Assembly: GCF_009914755.1 (NCBI RefSeq) | Contig: NC_060930.1 | Length of the DNA stretch: 64,000 nt | Source: the human T2T-CHM13v2.0 reference genome, Homo sapiens | Reading direction: 5' to 3' (one strand) | In this document: piece by piece, positions 55,967 to 64,000 of the stretch | Layout: each line of letters opens with the position of its first letter | Position numbering within the stretch: position 1 is the first letter of the stretch | Program-made: the position numbers and the translations under genes | Notes under the pieces: model-generated | What the model was told of the DNA's origin: nothing | The model's input: only the letters and a program-made list of their open reading frames with translations | Databases searched by the model: none

Positions 55967-56499
55967 TGTTATGGTTCATTCATGTGTCAACTTGGCTAGG
56001 CTACAGCACCCAGTTATGTAATTGAACACTAACCTACGTGTGGCTGTGAAGGTGTTTTATAGATGTGCTTAACATCTGCAGTCAGTTGACTTTAAATAAC
56101 TAGAGTAACTTCAAGTAATAAGTTATCCACCTTGATAATGTGGTGGGCTTCATCCAATCAATGAAAGGCCTTAAGAGCAACAACTAAGATTCCCAGAGAA
56201 GAAGAAATTCTTCATCAAAAAAGAAGAAATTACACGTCAAGATTGCAGCACCAGCTCCTGCCCGAGTTTCTAGCCTGCTTGCCTGCCAGCCTGTCCTACA
56301 GACTTCACACTTGCCAGTTCTCTTAATTACATATTTATATGATATATAATACATATTATAGAGCTTATTGGTTCTGTATTTATATATAAATTGTTTATAT
56401 ACTATATATATTTGTATTAAGTATTATTAATAATATTACACACACATACACATATATATCCTACTGGTTCCATTTCCCTGGAGAGCTCTGACTGACACA
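55967..56499 (+). mobile_element. MLT2 (ERVL) solo LTR
   Basis: Starts tgttatggtt…tgtgtcaacttggctaggcta and ends ggttccatttccctggagagctctgactgacaca. It splits an L2 fragment. Confidence 0.88.
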
Positions 56500-57602
56500 T
56501 CATGGTCTCCAGGCTTGGTGCAGTCCAGTTCTCACCCTTCCCACCAGCCACACCATCTACCCCAGTCCTCCTTGCTTTGTCTCTTCCACTCACACCAGCT
56601 TTTTCTCATTCTAAGTCCTTTCAACCCATCCTGTCCTCTCCTTTCACAAGCTGTTCTCTCTGCCTGGATCACTCTCCCTCCTTTCCTGATTAACACCTAC
56701 TCATGCCTCAGCTCAACAATTGCTTCTTCAGGGATCCTCCCCCAGCCTCCCAGTGTCAACCCCACTTAGCACAAGATTTCAAAGCACCTCACACCACTCC
56801 TGCAGAGCTGGATAAGTTGCAGCTTCCGTCTTTCCTACATGTAAGTTCCATGAAGGCAGGAACCAGGTCTGGTTGGACTCATTATTTTCTAACTGCATTC
56901 CCCAGCACAGTGCTTGGGACATAAAAGGCTCTCAATGAGTATTTGTTCCACGAATGTCAACACAGATGTGATAAGAGCAGAAAACAGTCCCTCACCACAG
57001 GCACAGCCACTGAAGTTCTTGCCAGGTAGAATCCAGTGGCCCAGTCCTTTTGATGACTCATCAAGTTGAAACTCAAGGTCAGAAAAAAGGGGAACTCAGA
57101 GAGGCAGTCAAAGCAGACAGAGGGAGGGGGCTTTACTTGCCAGAGACAGAAATGTCTCTGCAGATGGGCTGGAGGCGGTCAGTGTGGCTACAGCCTCACA
57201 TTGATACTGACTTCTCCAAAATACCACCTGCCTCTAAACTCAAACTGGCGTTTATGTAATGACATTTCCTACTTATTACCAGCTGCCAAATGTTGAAATT
57301 CCCAGAAGCACCTTTCTAAAGTCTTAAATATCAACTCTAGCCTATTAAAGAAGAGAAAAAGACAAAGATGTGTTATTACCAGGTTTCTTTTTATTTTTTT
57401 TTAAAAAAAGGCTCAAAACTAAAAATTATCTAGCCCTGGCTGAATTGGGGTGAAGATAAGTGAGTGATTATTACATTTCTTCTTCAGGTTATTTTTACCC
57501 TGAGTTACCTGTGCTGAATAAGCTAGCAAAGTTCCCAAAACGCCAGGCCACTAGGTCAAGTTTCTAGAAGTAGTAGCTACAGCCAACTTCTCAATTCTTT
57601 TA

Positions 57603-58150
57603 TGTGGTGATTTGAAGACACATCTTCCAATTCTTCAGCATTCTTCCTAGTGAGAAGTGAGGTCTACAGCCCTCCTTTTTAAATCCAGGCAGCTTGTGTC
57701 TCCCATGCATCTCATGAAATGCATTGGAAGAGCTGTATGTGACTTCCATGGCTTGCTCATGAATGACAGTGAAGTTCTGTCTTCTTCCCAGGAATAGTCG
57801 TGGTAGGAGCCCTGAGCCCTGGCAGATAGGTCTTACTCTCCTGAGGTTGCCTTGCTGGGAGGGAGCCAAGCCACGTGGAGAGACCACGTGAAAATGTTCC
57901 AGGTGGCAGTCCTCCTCTTCAAGTCCTTCTTGCCCAGGTGCCGTATGTACGTGAACAAGGTCTCAGATGATTCTAGACCCAGCTGTTGAGTCAACCTCAG
58001 CCTTGAGTCTTCTCAGCTGAGGCCTCAGCTGTGATGGAGGGGAGGCTCAAACAAGTCATTCCCACTGTGCCCTTTCGGAATTCTTAACCCAAACGGATAC
58101 TAAAATAGTTATTGCTCTACATAACTGTGTTTAGAGTGGTTTTTGTTATG
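57603..58150 (+). mobile_element. MaLR solo LTR (MLT1F/H-like)
   Basis: TG…CA ends, aagccacgtggagagaccacgtg, and the 3' end ttgttatgtagcagtaataaccagaaca. Confidence 0.8.
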
Positions 58151-58639
58151 TAGCAGTAATAACCAGAACAATATAGAAAAATGGGAGTTATTTTGTAGAT
58201 GTCAAAGCAAATGTCCAACTTTTCTCCATTAACAGCTTCTACCTACAGCAAATCTCTCAAATATAAACAAATAAAAGCCAGCCTCAGTACTTTATGAGAA
58301 GAGTGAGTTCCAAGCAGCTACACCTACTGAGAGAGAAAAAGGAATTGCGTCTGGAGAAGAGAGAGCTCAATTGGTACTTGAATGAATAAAGGAATGACTC
58401 AAGGAGCTATGAAATGTTTAGGTAAGGATATAGCAGGAGGCAAAGGATCATTTTCTGAGACCAATAGCAACTTCAGCCCCCAGTTCAAAAAAATTCAGTC
58501 CTGCAGAAATCACAATAGCATATCCTTATGTTCTTATTCTGTCATATTTTATGCAACTTAACAACCAAACACACACAAAGAACATATATATGTAACTGAC
58601 ACAAAACTGAGCTGGATAACAAACATATTCAATGGCAGA

Positions 58640-59345
58640 AAGACTCAAAATTATTTCGACAAGCTGGAACAGGGTGGAAGAATAAAAGTGAGTAATCTTA
58701 TCCCAGAAGAGTGACCTCAGACCAGAGAGCAGCTGAAATGATTGCACAAGGACATCAATGTCTTTTGGGAGAGGTATTAGACTCATCTTGAAGATAAGAA
58801 GCAGCTATGGAATATTTTAAAATAGAGAAGCATGATGATAAAATCAGTGTTTTAGAAGATTAACTTGACATCTCTTTGTGTAATGGATTCAAGGGAGAAC
58901 AAATAGAAGGAATAAATGACACTTAGCACTTAGGAAATGTTTGCAATCCCACCACAATGAAAGTACATGGATCGGGGCTGGTCTGACCAGAATGGGAGTG
59001 AAAAAGAAGCAAAGATGATTGGTGGTGTGACCATGAAGACTCGGGCAGCAGGCTGGGTATCAAGAGTAAAGAAAAAGTCAAAGAAGACTCAGAAGCCTGA
59101 GTGAGAGGTCAGCAAGTTCATGGAAACAGAAAAAGATGGGGGAGGAAGTATGTTTGGAGACAAGGAAAACAAGCTCAGGAGAAATCTATGGACTTTGAGA
59201 TAATGTTATCAAGATTTTTAGCTTATAAAAAAAGTTGATGGATAATTGGAGACATTGGATTAAGGTTTACAAGGGAAGATAGGCCTAGAGAAATGGATTT
59301 GGGAAACACATCAGCCTAGAGTTGATACCTAAAGCCATGAATAAA
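58640..59345 (-). mobile_element. L2 fragment
   Basis: agcatgatgataaaatcagtgttttagaagattaact…gagttgatacctaaagccatg. Confidence 0.65.
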
Positions 59346-59426
59346 TTCCCATATTTTTGCCATCTTAGACTCTTTGCTAGATCTTTAGCCTTCATGGCAT
59401 ATTATATTCAGGATGAAAATTTTTGA

Positions 59427-59776
<350 letters not shown>

Positions 59777-59936
59777 TACCGCATCTTTTTCTTGTAGGGA
59801 GCTGCATAATTAGGTCTACCATGCAATAGCAATTTTATTGATAATTTTATAATTAAGAAACAAAATATGAATTGCCAAGATTACCTATATTCATTTTGGC
59901 TCTCAGTCTATTTTGAACTATTTCTCCTACTCCTAC

Positions 59937-60152
59937 CTTCAACTGACAGGATTGGCCACAGAAATCATAGAACCATTTTGAATGCTTTTAAAGACTATCT
60001 GGGTGGGCCACCATTCATACTGCTCTCCACTTGAATGAATTGTCAGAACACCAAGAGCTTTTGCAGAGCCAGAAAGAACCAAAGAACGTGCAGCTGGAGG
60101 TATCAGCTGTGCATATCTAATTCTGGCCAAAACACCTCCCCAGAGTGTCCAG
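59937..60152 (-). other. Candidate 216-nt exon of an unidentified transcript or decayed gene
   Basis: Very long polypyrimidine tract ending ctctccag and donor AAG|GTAGGA, in non-repeat sequence. One frame is open except for a terminal TGA. Confidence 0.3.
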
Positions 60153-60699
60153 CTGGAGAGAGGGGAAGAAAAAAAGAAGAAAGACAGTAATTCAGTCAGG
60201 GATGTCAACAGCGGCTGAAGACGCGAGCTGGTTGCAGAGCACTGATACTGTTGGGTACAAAAAGAGGTGCTGCTGCCACCACAATATTTGGATAACCTGC
60301 AATTGCAAAGTACACATCTGTCTGTGACCATCTGTCTGAAAGTATGCTGGAGGTCAGAGGCTCGGTGAATACAGCAACCTGCAAGTGGAATGAGATAAGA
60401 TAAAAAGAAGAGGGAAGTATGCAAGGAATCCCATTGGTTTCGCTTAAAAAGACACAGCAAGTTGAAAGAAAGTGTGGGATGGGATCTCCTTAAGTAAATT
60501 ATGATTCAGCAAGTGCCGTTTTATCTGCCTAAGAAAGTAATTACAGGAAAGCAGTGTTTCCTGAAAAGTGTCTTTAAGGATGAGCCCGTTTGGAATAGTG
60601 AGAGGGTGCTGGCAGATGAAGGGTAGCAACCGCATGGCTTCCCTGGAGATGGTCTGGCCTGATCTGTCAGGTGCAGAATTGAGATTATTAGCACAGAAA

Positions 60700-61936
60700 A
60701 CTTTGAAACTTGCTTTCCTTGACCTCCACAACACCCAGCACCTTCCACGCTCTGATTTTCTCCTATCTCTCTTGGCCATCCTTCAGTTGCTTTCACAGGT
60801 TTATCTTCCTCTGCCTGTTTCTTAATACTGGGGCTCCCCTGGGCTCCAAGCCCTCCCCTCTTCCTATTCAAACACTCTCCCTAAGTGATCTCATGCACTC
60901 CCTCGGTTTCACTGTCATTTGTGTATTGATGACTGTCAAATATTTACTCTTACTCAGATCTCTTGTCTAGGCTCGGGCCTGGATTGTAACTACATCCTTG
61001 GTACCTCCTCTTGGGCATTTTACAGTCTCAACTTGTCTAAAGTCGAACTCATGACTTTCTTCCAGAGACTCTTGCCTCTTCTAGTGTTTGCTATCAGTGA
61101 ATGGCACCTCCATTCACAAGTTACCCAAGTTGGCCACCTAGGAGTCCTCTCCTTCCCTTGGCTCATCCTTCAACCACACATCAGCGTCCAAAATCCATCC
61201 ACTGCTTTCCAACCCCACTTCCATTATCCTAGGCCAAGGAGCCACTATTTTTCATGACCACAATAAACTTCTGATTTGTCTTCCTCTTATTATCACAACA
61301 GCCTCCAACTGGTCTGCCTGTCTGTGGTCTTGACTCAGCCCTACTTCATCCCCAATTCATTCTCAAGCTCTCATTCTAAAATTAATTCAATCATCTCACT
61401 TCTATCTAAATCTCTTTAATGGATTCTATTGCTCTTAGTATAAGGTCCAGATTTATTAATAAGATTTGCATAGTTTGCTGCATCTACCTTTTTATCCCTC
61501 ACCTCTACCTTCCTTTAAACTCTACAGTCCAGTTATACTGAGTTGGTTTTTTTGTTTGTTTTTATTTTGTTTTTTATTTCCTTGAACACACCAAGTTCTC
61601 CCACAATTACAGCATTTTGCAAATGCTGCCTGACAGCCTCTTCTCCTTTTATTTGCCAAACAATGACTATTTATCCTTTAGGTCCCAGTATAGACATAAC
61701 TTTCCAGTGTAGATTAGGGCCCCCCTCCTTTCCACCATGATCTCCCCAACGACCCTGTATTTCTCCCCATCAAATCACACTCTACTGTTAATGCCTGTTT
61801 ACACAGCTTTATCTTCCACTAGACCTTGAGCTCCATGAGGGCAGAAAGCATGTCTGTTTTGTGGGCAATTGTATCTCCAGTACCCAGCCCAGTATTGGGC
61901 TTGATATATGTAGAATGAATACATGAATACATGAAT
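60700..61936 (+). mobile_element. L2 3' portion
   Basis: L2 body ending gagctccatgagggcag…tgtatctccagtacccagc…gaatgaatacatgaa. Confidence 0.8.
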
Positions 61937-62298
61937 TGCAGGCACACTAATTGACAGCAGAACTTCACCAGGTCTATGTCAAACAACATCACCTCAGAGA
62001 ATTAGAAAGATTCCAAAATTCCTTCATCTAGGATGAGCCTGGCAGCTGCAGCATCTCCAGGAACATTCATTTCCTGAGGTGTGGCCAAAAAGAATTTTCT
62101 GAGAGATTCTCAACTGCAGCTCACTGACAGTCTCTTACACCAAGCACAAAGTAATCTCTTTGCTTCCAGCAAGCAACATTCAACAATTAATGAATCTTTC
62201 CCTTGGTGTCAGGAGCTTAGGAAGGCAGACTATAAAACAGAAAAGTTGAGGTGGTCTCAGTCTTCCTAGAGTAGATTGTCTTGGACTATTCCCTAAAT

Positions 62299-62489
62299 CA
62301 GTGGTTTCAAATCTCACGTATGTTATCAGAGTCATCTGGAGACCTTGTGAAAGCACAGATGTCTGAACCTGACCCCCAGAGTTTCTGAATCAGTAGGTCT
62401 GGGATGAGGCCATAGAATTTGCATTTCTAATAAGTCTCCAGGTGATGCTGATGCTGCTGATCTGGGGACCACAACCTTGAGAACCACTG
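62299..62489. mobile_element. MER5A hAT MITE (complete)
   Basis: TIRs cagtggtttcaa / ttgagaaccactg, with internal tttctgaatcagtaggtctggg…gcatttctaa…caggtgatgctgatgctgct. Confidence 0.92.
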
Positions 62490-62764
62490 CACTAAACATT
62501 TGAGTCACCCCTCTTAGTCATACAAACATAAGAGAAGCAGGCTCCCAATGTACTGAGGGAGGATGGACGCCTCTTCCTGAACCCTGGCCGACTGCTAAGC
62601 AGGATGTGGGAAAACTTGGAATTAAAGGAACTCTGGGAAACAAGAAATCAGAAACCCGGAAATCCAACCCCTTCTGTATTGAGGGTGAAGATGACTAGAA
62701 CACTCTGATAGCTTAGGACAGTCCAAATTAAAATATCTCTGCAAGAAAAGGACATCATGGGCAT

Positions 62765-63675
<911 letters not shown>

Positions 63676-64000
63676 TAATGGTTTCTCTCCAGATGGACAG
63701 ACCTGCCAGGTTGATACCTTTGCCAGCCCCTCTGGAATTCCAGTGAATAAAATTTTCCCTAACAGATCACTTGTTTAGTGTAGCACTTAGCGCCTAGCCT
63801 CACCACTGTTTACTTACCTCCTTTCCCTCCTCTGTGAGCTCTCTGCATGTAAGAACTACACTCTTTATAACAGTTTTGTTGGTGGCCATGCACAGTGGCT
63901 GACTTATAGTAGATGCTCTATGGAGTGACTGTTTGCAAACAACCTTCCAAATAAGATAAGAATAACAAAATTGAGCCTGGTTAGTCTGCATCCAGATAGA

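Noticed and set aside
59939-60460. 173-aa minus-strand ORF, the longest in the window, as a single-exon CDS
   Set aside because: It runs through a polypyrimidine/acceptor-like tract (SFFFFSSPLSS) and shows no recognisable domain. Only the exon-like part was kept as a candidate.

Overview
This is hominid (human-like) euchromatic DNA, AT-rich and CpG-depleted, and it reads as intronic or intergenic. I can identify no intact protein-coding gene. The listed ORFs are fragments of L1 ORF2, Alu, SVA, LTR and L2 elements, or chance ORFs. The window is dense with transposon relics: 12 Alus, several 5'-truncated L1s, L2/MIR, MaLR/MLT2 LTRs, and Tigger, hAT and MADE1 DNA transposons. The standout structure is a full-length minus-strand SVA retrotransposon whose perfect 16-bp target-site duplication (16155-16170 / 18934-18949) encloses about 0.9 kb of non-SVA DNA and three A-rich tails. 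This is a 3' transduction and possibly records several rounds of retrotransposition. Other unexplained structure includes a composite locally templated insertion inside an old L1 (54291-54449), a 42-bp dispersed near-duplicate (38841 / 40476), a textbook plus-strand 33-nt micro-exon (40775-40807), minus-strand exon-like blocks of an unidentified transcript, and a CpG-retaining cluster of CACGNG motifs (44331-44484). Repeat subfamily names are from memory of consensus sequences and need RepeatMasker confirmation. I found no evidence of a wholly new biological system.
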